From IMG/VR virus record IMGVR_UViG_3300029913_000001: a stretch of 64,000 nucleotides of DNA, one strand, 5' to 3'. Positions 55,639 through 64,000 of the stretch are shown piece by piece. A program made the translations under genes and the position numbers. Numbering within the stretch: position 1 is the stretch's first letter; each line of letters begins with the position of its first letter. The notes under the pieces were generated by a model. The model was not told where the DNA came from and made no database searches. It saw nothing but the letters and a program-made list of their open reading frames with translations. The DNA comes from a virus (taxonomy: Duplodnaviria; Caudoviricetes).

Positions 55639-57138
55639 GTGAATTTTAAAACATATTCGTCCGTTTGGCCTTGCACTCGCTGAATACGCTTTTTGGGACT
55701 GAAATTGGACCTTTCCCTGAAATACTGGTGGCCAGATAACATTGAAATCTGTGAATGCTGCCCCGGTTCCGGTCTTACTTATTTTGGTCATTACCTGAAT
55801 CATATTTGACCTAGCTAAGATAGCTTTGAAAAATTCGGTAACTAAATCTTCTTGCTCATTAAGGTGAGCAGTTACTAAATGAGCAACTACCGTAAGAAGA
55901 TGCAACCCGACAGTATAATTAGGACTTGTGGTAACTGGGTTATAAATTTTATTGGCCAACAATTTTTGCAGCTTTTTAGTTACGTCGGTTTTAACAAGAT
56001 TGGGATCATCAATGGCCGCCTTAATTTTAATCAAATCAGCGGCGTCAATAATTCCATACATAACACCTAATTCAAGTGGACCATCAATTGCGGATTTATT
56101 CTTTAAAAGATTAATTACATTAAATAGATATTTGTATTTTTTCTTTTTAACAAGATCTTTAAATCTTTCAGGATTTTTTTCAATTACCGAGGATAAACTT
56201 GTAATGCTAGCAGCGGCGCCGCCTTTAGAATTTTTTGAACTAATACCTAATTTTGTATCAGCGTCAATGTTTAAATAACTATCTACCAACTGTTCGTTGC
56301 CTGCCATCGGAAAAGAGCAGGTTTTAATCTTTGCCCAGCTTGATCCCATTGGCTTCAATAATTGTTCCTCAACTTGTTGGTATGCGCCGGATATAAAATG
56401 ACCGGTCATTAATGCAATCGGAGCCCCGGTTTCACCTAAATCAACTTCATATGAACTAATATACTGGGCTGCATTTGCAATAGGACTTGAAAACCCGACT
56501 TGAATATTCTTAAGAAGTTTGGGCACCTGCTCAATTACTTCTAAAGGAAGTTCGGTATGGGTTATAATATTTTCGTCAATTTGTTCCAATAGATCGTCAA
56601 TTGTAAATCTCGCATCGACCCCAACAACGGTTAATGGTTTAAGATTTAATTCAGATTTTTGTTGAGCATCATTTGATAATGCAAACCCGGTATCTCGAGC
56701 GAAATTGCTATTGCTCCAATAAAATGGGATTGCACTCGGACTCTTGGATACAAATAGTTTTACAAACGCAACTTTTTGATTACGGCTATTTGTCCAGAGA
56801 GTAATCATTGCCGCTCTTCCCGCAGTATTCGTAATATGCCAATTGGCGGGTAAAATTTTTGCGGTGATTTTATATTGTTCCAATGCATCCATTACTTTTT
56901 GCTGCCCGGTCTTTAATAATTTTTTCTGCTCGCCTAAAGGCAGCAATCTTGCTTTAGCCGGAAGGCTGGAAACATCATCATTTGCATAAAACAATCCAGT
57001 CTCGGGAAGAAGATAATTTCCGATTGCCGTTAAAACTTCTCCTTCCTTATTTGAAACCGTAATAGTTTTGCCCGCTGCGGCTTCCTGGGTTCTTACAAAA
57101 ATTCCTCGACTCGATTCAAACAATTCAAAGTATCGCAT
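55636..57138 (-). CDS. putative packaged protein with PD-(D/E)XK-like nuclease motif
   Basis: MRYFELFE start; E(T)GAP...LVDSYL...GISSK; TAAATA 5 nt upstream. Confidence 0.55.
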   Translation of the reverse strand: MRYFELFESSRGIFVRTQEAAAGKTITVSNKEGEVLTAIGNYLLPETGLFYANDDVSSLPAKARLLPLGEQKKLLKTGQQKVMDALEQYKITAKILPANWHITNTAGRAAMITLWTNSRNQKVAFVKLFVSKSPSAIPFYWSNSNFARDTGFALSNDAQQKSELNLKPLTVVGVDARFTIDDLLEQIDENIITHTELPLEVIEQVPKLLKNIQVGFSSPIANAAQYISSYEVDLGETGAPIALMTGHFISGAYQQVEEQLLKPMGSSWAKIKTCSFPMAGNEQLVDSYLNIDADTKLGISSKNSKGGAAASITSLSSVIEKNPERFKDLVKKKKYKYLFNVINLLKNKSAIDGPLELGVMYGIIDAADLIKIKAAIDDPNLVKTDVTKKLQKLLANKIYNPVTTSPNYTVGLHLLTVVAHLVTAHLNEQEDLVTEFFKAILARSNMIQVMTKISKTGTGAAFTDFNVIWPPVFQGKVQFQSQKAYSASARPNGRICFKIH

Positions 57139-57150
57139 ATTAGTATTTAC

Positions 57151-57738
57151 CTAGAATATACCTAATTTTTTCAAAACCCGTGCGGCGCCATCTGTATATA
57201 CTTTCAACGCATAATAGTCACCATGTATTAATATTTCATTCCCCGAGTTAACCGCATTGACAAAATTTTTATTCTTTAATCCAAAAATAGAAATTGTTGC
57301 CGACGCATCAGCTCTGCTAGCAAGTAAAGGACCATGCGGGGTATTAATCCAGGACATATATTTTCGTTTCTTACTCCATGTAAACGAGAATCCATCACAA
57401 GGAAAAATTATATACAATTCTCCAAAATTTTTAGCTTGCATATAATCGGCAATGCAAAACATACTATTACTTCGTAATGCAGTAAACCCCATTATTCTTA
57501 GGCATGAATCAAGATAGAGTTGTTGCTCTTTTGACATACCTCTGGGCGTTCTATGTTCCGGCGAGTGGCTGGTAAATGAAAATTCGGTGTGGTTATAAAT
57601 TCCGGAAAACAAAAGATTCTGACATACATTAAATGACTTGATAGCCGTAGAACAATTGTCTTGAATATTATTTGCTACCATTTCTGCCATCTCCAATCGT
57701 TCCAGAGGAGTTGAGTTCTCAATTTCGCATATTTTCAT
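57151..57738 (-). CDS. ART-like paralog 8 (LFSG variant)
   Basis: MKICEI start; GFTALRSNSMFC...FGELYIIFPCDGFSFTW...EILIHGDYYA. Confidence 0.7.
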   Translation of the reverse strand: MKICEIENSTPLERLEMAEMVANNIQDNCSTAIKSFNVCQNLLFSGIYNHTEFSFTSHSPEHRTPRGMSKEQQLYLDSCLRIMGFTALRSNSMFCIADYMQAKNFGELYIIFPCDGFSFTWSKKRKYMSWINTPHGPLLASRADASATISIFGLKNKNFVNAVNSGNEILIHGDYYALKVYTDGAARVLKKLGIF

Positions 57739-58445
57739 ATCGATCTCAAATCAACTCCGACTTCTGCCAATACCGCAGGATAAGCAAATCGAAGTTTTTC
57801 CTCTTTTTTAGGATCATTTTTCAATGCAGCCATTATACTTTCAACTGACTCAATATCTTTTCTCGTTGCTTTAGCATTCAATAATTTTTTCGCAATGAAA
57901 TCTGGATTATTGCCATTTTTAAGAAGTTTCTTTGTGTCAAGAGTAGTTAATCCTTCCTGCTCTTGATATCGTAAATTCATCGACTTTGCAAGATTATATA
58001 ATAGCTTATTCTTTACTAGATTTTTATATTTACTATCAGGATTCGCACGAATTGCCCATCTCGCAAATTCAATGTCGGATACAAACATTAAATCTACCTG
58101 AACGAAACCATTTTTCGGGTTGCCAGAGATCGGGCAACGCATCGTTACACTACTGCCTAATTTTTTTGCAGGCATAACGGCCGTCATATTATGAGCATCT
58201 GTCCATTGTCTGATAGTAACTAATAATTCATCTTTAGTTATTTCCGACCTATCAACTGCTAGATCGATATCTCCACTCGTTTCTTTAATACCCGTTGATC
58301 CGAGCATGTTATTCAAAAGCGAGAGACCGGTAATACCCTCTAGAAAAGCGACCGTAGGTTTTACTTGGGCTCTAGCAATACGAATTACAGCTAAGTCGCC
58401 AACAAAGGCATTACCACCCTCAAATAATAATTCTGCAATTTTCAT
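57735..58445 (-). CDS. Pol-beta superfamily nucleotidyltransferase
   Basis: MKIAELLFEGG start; LGSTG...SGDIDLAVD...VQVDLMF. Confidence 0.75.
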   Translation of the reverse strand: MKIAELLFEGGNAFVGDLAVIRIARAQVKPTVAFLEGITGLSLLNNMLGSTGIKETSGDIDLAVDRSEITKDELLVTIRQWTDAHNMTAVMPAKKLGSSVTMRCPISGNPKNGFVQVDLMFVSDIEFARWAIRANPDSKYKNLVKNKLLYNLAKSMNLRYQEQEGLTTLDTKKLLKNGNNPDFIAKKLLNAKATRKDIESVESIMAALKNDPKKEEKLRFAYPAVLAEVGVDLRSI

Positions 58446-58478
58446 ATAAGTATTTATTTCAATGTGCTATAATATTAC

Positions 58479-59318
58479 ATGAGCAAAATACAAGTATATC
58501 AAATATGTTATCTAAAGGAACAACTGGAAAAAGTTAAATTGCCGTTTGTTCCCTATAATAATTTAGAAAATTTGCATCCCGAATTATGTGAATACCAATC
58601 TTTTGAACCAGGACAGACATATGCATTACAGCACGGATTAGATCTATGGGGATTTGTTAGTCCAAAGTTTGAAGCAAAGACTAATATTACTGGCCAGCAA
58701 TTTATCGATTTTATCGAAATAGATCCGAATCGAGCCGATGTCTATTTTATTAATCCAACTCCGATTAATGAAAGTCTATCTCCTAGTGTAATTACTCAAG
58801 GCGAGAATTGTCATCCCGGACTAAAAGATTTGATTCAACGAAATCTTAATAAGATGCACATATCTGTAGATTTAAATAAACTTTGGATGGATTCAGAGAC
58901 ATTCGCGCTTTGTAATTATTTTGTTGGAAATAAAATATTTTGGAAACAGTATATTGATTTTTTAAAGTTTTTTATCGATATGGTAAAAACGGATTCAGCC
59001 GATTACGATATGATGTTTAAAACCGCCGCTCATTATGGACCTAACGCCGCACTCCCTTATTTTACCTTTGTCGTAGAACGGCTGTTTAGTGTCTTTATTA
59101 ATACAAATCATAATATAAAGGTAGAACATTACCGTTATACACGGGATGAATTACTAAATAAAACAAAATTGCCGCCTCATATCTTAGATGAACTGCGCTC
59201 GTTGTCCGACATAAAAACCGCGGCAATCTCCGGTGGGCGCCATGAATTATTAGAACATTATATTTTTTATAGAAATCGATTGGCGCAGGCTAATCCATAT
59301 CTTTTCAATTTGGAGTAA
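58479..59318 (+). CDS. glycosyltransferase-like protein
   Basis: YQICY, DNLE-like NNLENLHPELCEY, WGFVSPK, CNYFVG, FVVERL. Confidence 0.55.
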   Translation: MSKIQVYQICYLKEQLEKVKLPFVPYNNLENLHPELCEYQSFEPGQTYALQHGLDLWGFVSPKFEAKTNITGQQFIDFIEIDPNRADVYFINPTPINESLSPSVITQGENCHPGLKDLIQRNLNKMHISVDLNKLWMDSETFALCNYFVGNKIFWKQYIDFLKFFIDMVKTDSADYDMMFKTAAHYGPNAALPYFTFVVERLFSVFINTNHNIKVEHYRYTRDELLNKTKLPPHILDELRSLSDIKTAAISGGRHELLEHYIFYRNRLAQANPYLFNLE

Positions 59319-59319
59319 T

Positions 59320-60042
59320 ATGATCAAAACTTTATTTTTAATCGGTAGCGCATTGCATACCAAGCATGGTGTCTATTCTGCCGAACAACGATTAGAGCAA
59401 ACTATTAATACATTAAAAAGTGTGAAAGATAAAATTCCCGATGCGCAAATTATTCTTTCCGAAAGCAGTGGGGAAAGCAGTATTACAGAAGAAGAATCTG
59501 CAATTCTTAAACCGTATCTATTAGGACTTATTAATTATAATACCGATATCCAGGTTCAACAAATTTATAAATCAACCGATAATTGGGATGTTGTAAAATC
59601 GTATACAGAATTACTTGTAACTGGTAAGACCTTAGATTTTGTAGTTAGCCGGCCGAAATTATTAGAAAATATTGATCGAGTATTTAAATTGAGTGGAAGG
59701 TATTTTTTATCCGACGGGTTCTCAGTGGAAACGTTTGAACATAGGAACAAATATATGTTTGCCGCCCGAAGAAATAGCCAATTTCCAGCACAGGTTACCG
59801 GTGGGTTAAATTTTCAGTTTATGTCGAGATTGTGGAGTTGGCCGGCTGATCGAACAGCGTTGGTCTTTTATCGGTATAATCTAATGTTAGAAGAATTTAG
59901 TAGTGCATTAGAAATTGGACAATATAAAGATATTGAGCACCTATTGTTCAGATATTTCGGCAATCATCCTAATACCTTAGAGTTATCAAAAATAGGCGTT
60001 AGCGGAAATCTAGGGCCAAACGGAATTAAAGTCACAGACTAA
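59320..60042 (+). CDS. glycosyltransferase-like hypothetical protein
   Basis: LEQTINTLKSV..IP, RVFKLSGRY, DIEH. Confidence 0.5.
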   Translation: MIKTLFLIGSALHTKHGVYSAEQRLEQTINTLKSVKDKIPDAQIILSESSGESSITEEESAILKPYLLGLINYNTDIQVQQIYKSTDNWDVVKSYTELLVTGKTLDFVVSRPKLLENIDRVFKLSGRYFLSDGFSVETFEHRNKYMFAARRNSQFPAQVTGGLNFQFMSRLWSWPADRTALVFYRYNLMLEEFSSALEIGQYKDIEHLLFRYFGNHPNTLELSKIGVSGNLGPNGIKVTD

Positions 60043-60043
60043 G

Positions 60044-60065
60044 GAAGGAGCCAATTGGCTCCTTC
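60044..60065. terminator. hairpin between convergent genes
   Basis: GAAGGAGCC-AATT-GGCTCCTTC. Confidence 0.65.
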
Positions 60066-60084
60066 ACTTGTCTTATATAGCAAA

Positions 60085-60630
60085 TTACTTGCGGGAAAAT
60101 TCTTCAACACCCAATTTATGCAATGCTTCTGTGACTGCTCTAATTTGCTGACGGCAATCGTCGAGCGAGTCATGACTAGCCGGATATTCTTGTGTAGTCG
60201 TCAATGCACGTAATGTTCTGCTATCTGTTACACGCCAATACTGCCAAGGAATATTCTTGCTGTGTTCTCGATATAAATTATCAAGCATTGGAAAATCAAC
60301 TGCGATTCCTTGTGCCCAAAGTCGGTCCTTATTCCATACAAATTTGGTTAACTGGGCTAGTGCATGTTCAACTGATACCCGTCCGGTATCGCTGAAAATC
60401 TTTTCAATAACCGATGGATCTTGCTTGGCCCACCACTCTAGAGTTGCGGGATCTTCATAACGATTCTCCTGATCGTCTAAAGACAGCAATAAATCTAAGG
60501 TTGGATTATCTGATAAATCTGCTGTATAATCAAACGGATCAAATGCTACCGCAGAAATTGATAATACTTTCGCATTTGGAATAGTTCCACAGGTCTCGAG
60601 ATCGAGCATAATATTTGTATAATTCTTCAT
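60085..60630 (-). CDS. DEDDh 3'-5' exoribonuclease-like protein (start MKNYTN)
   Basis: IMLDLET, WAQGIAVDFP, HDSLDDC; promoter TTGACT-18-TATAAT at 60637-60666. Confidence 0.85.
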   Translation of the reverse strand: MKNYTNIMLDLETCGTIPNAKVLSISAVAFDPFDYTADLSDNPTLDLLLSLDDQENRYEDPATLEWWAKQDPSVIEKIFSDTGRVSVEHALAQLTKFVWNKDRLWAQGIAVDFPMLDNLYREHSKNIPWQYWRVTDSRTLRALTTTQEYPASHDSLDDCRQQIRAVTEALHKLGVEEFSRK

Positions 60631-60676
60631 GTTTTTATTATACATTATATTTCTAATAAAAGTCAATAAATATAAT

Positions 60677-61324
60677 ATGCGACTAAATAAATTAATGAAA
60701 CCATTTAAAGATTTTGAAAAAGAGAATCCGGATGACTTATGGGATGAAACGCATGGCGGGCAAAAAGTATACAACTCTCCTACTAGAGAAATAATGAATT
60801 TTATTGATAAGCACTGTAAAAAAGCTGTTACAGCCATGCAAGATACGCAAACATTTTTATATCGTCGAATAGGGTATGATGTTGGCGTACCCAATGTATT
60901 TCATGGTATAACGCCGACAGCGCGTGAATCATACAGCGCGGAATATGATCAACCGCTGTTAGATAAAATATTACAACAGTGTGGATTTTCTTCATTACGC
61001 TCAAATAGCATCTGTTGCACGGGCAGCAATACAGATTTATACGGATTCGGTAAATTATATCATATTTTTCCCGTTAAGGGTTTTGATTTTACATGGAGTC
61101 CAAAAATTGAAGATATTGGAGCAAATAACGAATTGGCAAGTTCGTTGGCACGCGAAAAGCTAGTTAGTTCTCCAAAAAAATTTGTTAAATACTGGCAATT
61201 CTCAAAAAATAATTTTGCAATGGCTCTGCACAGTAAAAATGAAATTACTATTCATGGTCAATATATCGCATTGGCCGATAAGTATCATACCGAACTAGTA
61301 AAACGATTTGGTATAGGAATATAA
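60677..61324 (+). CDS. ART-like paralog 9 (start MRLNKL)
   Basis: LYRR...GFSSLRSNSICCTG...FGKLYHIFPVKGFDFTW...EITIHGQYIA. Confidence 0.7.
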   Translation: MRLNKLMKPFKDFEKENPDDLWDETHGGQKVYNSPTREIMNFIDKHCKKAVTAMQDTQTFLYRRIGYDVGVPNVFHGITPTARESYSAEYDQPLLDKILQQCGFSSLRSNSICCTGSNTDLYGFGKLYHIFPVKGFDFTWSPKIEDIGANNELASSLAREKLVSSPKKFVKYWQFSKNNFAMALHSKNEITIHGQYIALADKYHTELVKRFGIGI

Positions 61325-61998
61325 TGAAAATATTCGAATTATTGAAACCAATTGAAGACGAGGATAACCTCGATGTTTGGACCAACGGGTTTGGTGGTTT
61401 TAAAAATTACGAGCAAGAAAAATTGGAACATGTTTTCGAATTTATATCTAAACATTGTAGTCAGGCCGTAAAAGATATGCAATCAAAGAATAAATTTTTA
61501 TATCGCGGAATTAACGCGCCCTCGCCGACTATTTTTCTGGGGGCGACCCCGGTTACGCGGGAACCGTATGGTATGGGAAAAGATCAACAATGGATATTAG
61601 ATAAAATATTTAAGCTAACAGGATTTATTTCATTAAGAAGAAATTCAATATGTGCAACTACCAAACCCGATGAATATGTAAATTTTGGAAAAATATATTA
61701 TATTTTTCCGGTGAATGGATTTAATTTTACCTGGAGCAAAATTATAAAAGATGTAGGTGGTAATAATGAAATTTATAATGAGCTGAAAAAATTATATAAT
61801 TCCTATATAGGAATTAATCGATTAGACCAGGATGCCGCAAATAAATTTATTAAAAAGTGGGACTTTCGAAATAATAATTTCGATCAAGCTCTTTGGGTAG
61901 GTAATGAAATTACAATTAATGGGCAATATGTTGCTATTAAATCATCAGATTATCCATATATCTATGCAGTTAAAGAATATTTTGGGATAACAGGCTAG
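61324..61998 (+). CDS. ART-like paralog 10
   Basis: MKIFEL start; LYRG...SLRRNSICAT...FGKIYYIFPVNGFNFTW...EITINGQYVA. Confidence 0.7.
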   Translation: MKIFELLKPIEDEDNLDVWTNGFGGFKNYEQEKLEHVFEFISKHCSQAVKDMQSKNKFLYRGINAPSPTIFLGATPVTREPYGMGKDQQWILDKIFKLTGFISLRRNSICATTKPDEYVNFGKIYYIFPVNGFNFTWSKIIKDVGGNNEIYNELKKLYNSYIGINRLDQDAANKFIKKWDFRNNNFDQALWVGNEITINGQYVAIKSSDYPYIYAVKEYFGITG

Positions 61999-62003
61999 GT
62001 ACA

Positions 62004-62672
62004 ATGAAAATATACGAAATAATAAATCCGAGTGACATTAATACCAGTACAGTAGATGACTGGGCCGATAACTACGGTGGCATTAAAAATTACAACTCAG
62101 AAAAATTAGAAAAAGTTCTCGATTTTATAACAACACATTGTGATGTACTACCTATTATGCAGAAGAATAATACCTTTTTATATCGGGGTATTGGAGGTAT
62201 CAGTAACCGGCCTGTTATTTTCCACGGGCTTACACCCATAAGTAGGTTGTCCATATGGGCTAGCCCATATGGACAACAACTCTTGGATCATATATTTGAA
62301 TTGAATAACTTTCCCGCCCTACGAAAAAATTCTATTTGTACCACGTCGAAAGTGGAAATGTCATTTGGAGCAACTTATTTAATTTTTCCGTTGACAGGTT
62401 TTAATTTTACCTGGAGTGCAAGAATTAAGGATATCGGAAGTAATTCCAATCTATATTGGGAACTAAAAGATTTTAATGATTCGAGAAGAATAGATGCTAT
62501 CACCCGTGATGAAGCTAAAAAATTTGTTGATAAATGGGAATTTTTCGGCAATAAGCATTTTGATATGGCTCTTAGAATTGGAAACGAAATAATAATCAAT
62601 GGCCAATACATCGCTATTAGTGGGTCGTTGTATGGCGAGGCAGCTAGAAAATATTTTGGCATAACAGACTAG
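62004..62672 (+). CDS. ART-like paralog 11
   Basis: MKIYEI start; LYRG...ALRKNSICTTS...FGATYLIFPLTGFNFTW...EIIINGQYIA. Confidence 0.7.
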   Translation: MKIYEIINPSDINTSTVDDWADNYGGIKNYNSEKLEKVLDFITTHCDVLPIMQKNNTFLYRGIGGISNRPVIFHGLTPISRLSIWASPYGQQLLDHIFELNNFPALRKNSICTTSKVEMSFGATYLIFPLTGFNFTWSARIKDIGSNSNLYWELKDFNDSRRIDAITRDEAKKFVDKWEFFGNKHFDMALRIGNEIIINGQYIAISGSLYGEAARKYFGITD

Positions 62673-62685
62673 ACTAAATATTAAT

Positions 62686-63375
62686 ATGAAAATATCTGAA
62701 GCGATTTTAAATGAGGGCGTCCACGATAATTTTAACTTTAAGGCTATATTTTTAGTCGGGTCGCCCGGTAGTGGAAAAACTACCATTGAAAAAGAATTTG
62801 GTCTCGAGACCCGAGGATTCAAACAATTAGATATAGATCGAACCAAACTACATTTAAAAACATTATCAGATTATGAGACAGCCGGTAAAACTACCGAAAA
62901 ACGTTTTAATCTATGGGCCAATGATTATTTAGGATTAATTATTAATACTACCGGAAGAAATGCAGACGTAATAATTCGATTGAACAAAAAATTAAAAGAA
63001 TGTTATTATCAAACATTCATGATATTTGTAGACGTTGACGAATCTATTGCAAGAGCGAGAATAGAATCAAGATATCAAACGGCACTAGATCGTGCAGATA
63101 AACGCAAAGTAGACCTTGATTATTTCCAGGAAGCATATTCTTCTGTTAAACAGAATATAGCATTATATGAATTATTATTTGGGCGATATTTTTCGTTAGT
63201 ACAGAATAATGAAAATATGATTGATCAAGATCTAGATATTGCCCGCAGAAAATTAAATAATTTCCTGCTGTCTCCAAATAGTCCAGAAGCGCAATCTATT
63301 ATGAAGGGTGTTAAAACAAAAGCTATTGCGGGAATAGGTAGAAAATATCCAAAACTTTCTGGTAGGCGGCCCTAA
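62686..63375 (+). CDS. P-loop kinase (zeta-toxin/AAA_33-like)
   Basis: MKISEAILNEG start; GSPGSGKT, LIINTTG, MIFVDV...ARAR. Confidence 0.75.
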   Translation: MKISEAILNEGVHDNFNFKAIFLVGSPGSGKTTIEKEFGLETRGFKQLDIDRTKLHLKTLSDYETAGKTTEKRFNLWANDYLGLIINTTGRNADVIIRLNKKLKECYYQTFMIFVDVDESIARARIESRYQTALDRADKRKVDLDYFQEAYSSVKQNIALYELLFGRYFSLVQNNENMIDQDLDIARRKLNNFLLSPNSPEAQSIMKGVKTKAIAGIGRKYPKLSGRRP

Positions 63376-64000
63376 TTAATATTAAGAAAATATTGACCCA
63401 ATGCTTCATTAAATTTATTTGACTCTACTGCTACGTACGAACCGTGAATCATAACTTCGTGATCTAATTTAATCGCGGTATCTAGCCGAGTTTTCAATAA
63501 TTTATTCAGTTTGACAAATTGTTGGGATGCAATTTTTGGATTAAGTGAATTTGATATTAGTCTATTAATTTTTGCTCTTAATTCGGGTGTAAAATAATGA
63601 CGAACTTCTTCAACAGTTGCCGATAATTTTGCAGCAATTTGCATAAACTTTCTTAACTGGGCAAGATCATAAAAATAGCCATCTCCGCTACCGCCCCACG
63701 TAAAAGGCTTAACATATATTTCCACAGCATTTTTTATAGCAATATTTGCAAGGGTTGCCTTGTGTGTATCGTCTCGGGTACTATAATAGATGTCGTTAAA
63801 AATATTTCGCAGGGCACTATAATTCGGGGATAAGAAGCGCGGTTGAATAACCCAATCAAGATGCTCTAGGCTCCAGGTATACTCAAATCCATTAATAGGA
63901 AAAATAATATATGGATCGCCATATGTCAACGCATTCTGCTCTTCTCCAGTGCAAAAAATACTATTTGATCGTAGTGCTTTAAATCCTTGCAATGTTAAAT
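63372..64000 (-). CDS. ART-like paralog 12, 5' end beyond the window
   Basis: GFKALRSNSIFCTG...YGDPYIIFPINGFEYTW...long insert...EVMIHGSYVA. Confidence 0.7.
   Translation of the reverse strand, partial: LTLQGFKALRSNSIFCTGEEQNALTYGDPYIIFPINGFEYTWSLEHLDWVIQPRFLSPNYSALRNIFNDIYYSTRDDTHKATLANIAIKNAVEIYVKPFTWGGSGDGYFYDLAQLRKFMQIAAKLSATVEEVRHYFTPELRAKINRLISNSLNPKIASQQFVKLNKLLKTRLDTAIKLDHEVMIHGSYVAVESNKFNEALGQYFLNIN

Noticed and set aside
2182-64000. Diversity-generating retroelement explaining the paralog repeats
   Set aside because: No reverse transcriptase in the window and no template/variable repeat pair differing only at adenines.
1-64000. Eukaryotic giant virus or bacterial chromosome origin
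   Set aside because: Sigma70 and T4-late-type promoters, SD sites, baseplate/fibre genes and T4-like gene content indicate a tailed jumbo phage; no rRNA or canonical tRNA genes were seen.

Overview
A 64 kb slice of a large, AT-rich, T4-like (myovirus-type jumbo) bacteriophage genome in standard code 11, mostly on the minus strand. Left to right: the N-terminal part of a family B DNA polymerase; a block of putative capsid-packaged proteins dominated by a repeated ADP-ribosyltransferase (ART)-like domain (12 paralogs in the window); ClpA, DnaJ and GIY-YIG genes; a promoter-driven ~0.65 kb structured non-coding region beside a helicase-like gene; tail/baseplate structural genes (20.7-42.3 kb) including a GC-rich, signal-peptide-bearing fibre-like island; and an early/accessory region with queD, a DEDDh exonuclease, a family of small ORFs sharing a C-terminal EA-x-x-ALLIxKLSE module, a circularly permuted (two-piece) tmRNA abutting a GIY-YIG gene, a tRNA-Ala-like mini-helix, a CCA-adding enzyme, an RNA polymerase omega (RpoZ)-like gene and thyX. 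More packaged-type enzymes and ART-like paralogs follow on the right. Several proteins resemble Acidobacteria sequences from my recollection of those families, so an acidobacterial host is suggested but unproven. The best candidates for new biology are the expanded, cleavage-motif-tagged ART-like payload family; the permuted tmRNA with a long tag plus a phage ClpA and CCA enzyme; the KLSE cassette family; the duplicated 130 bp promoter-upstream element; and the large candidate ncRNA. All function calls come from motif recognition by eye. No searches were run.
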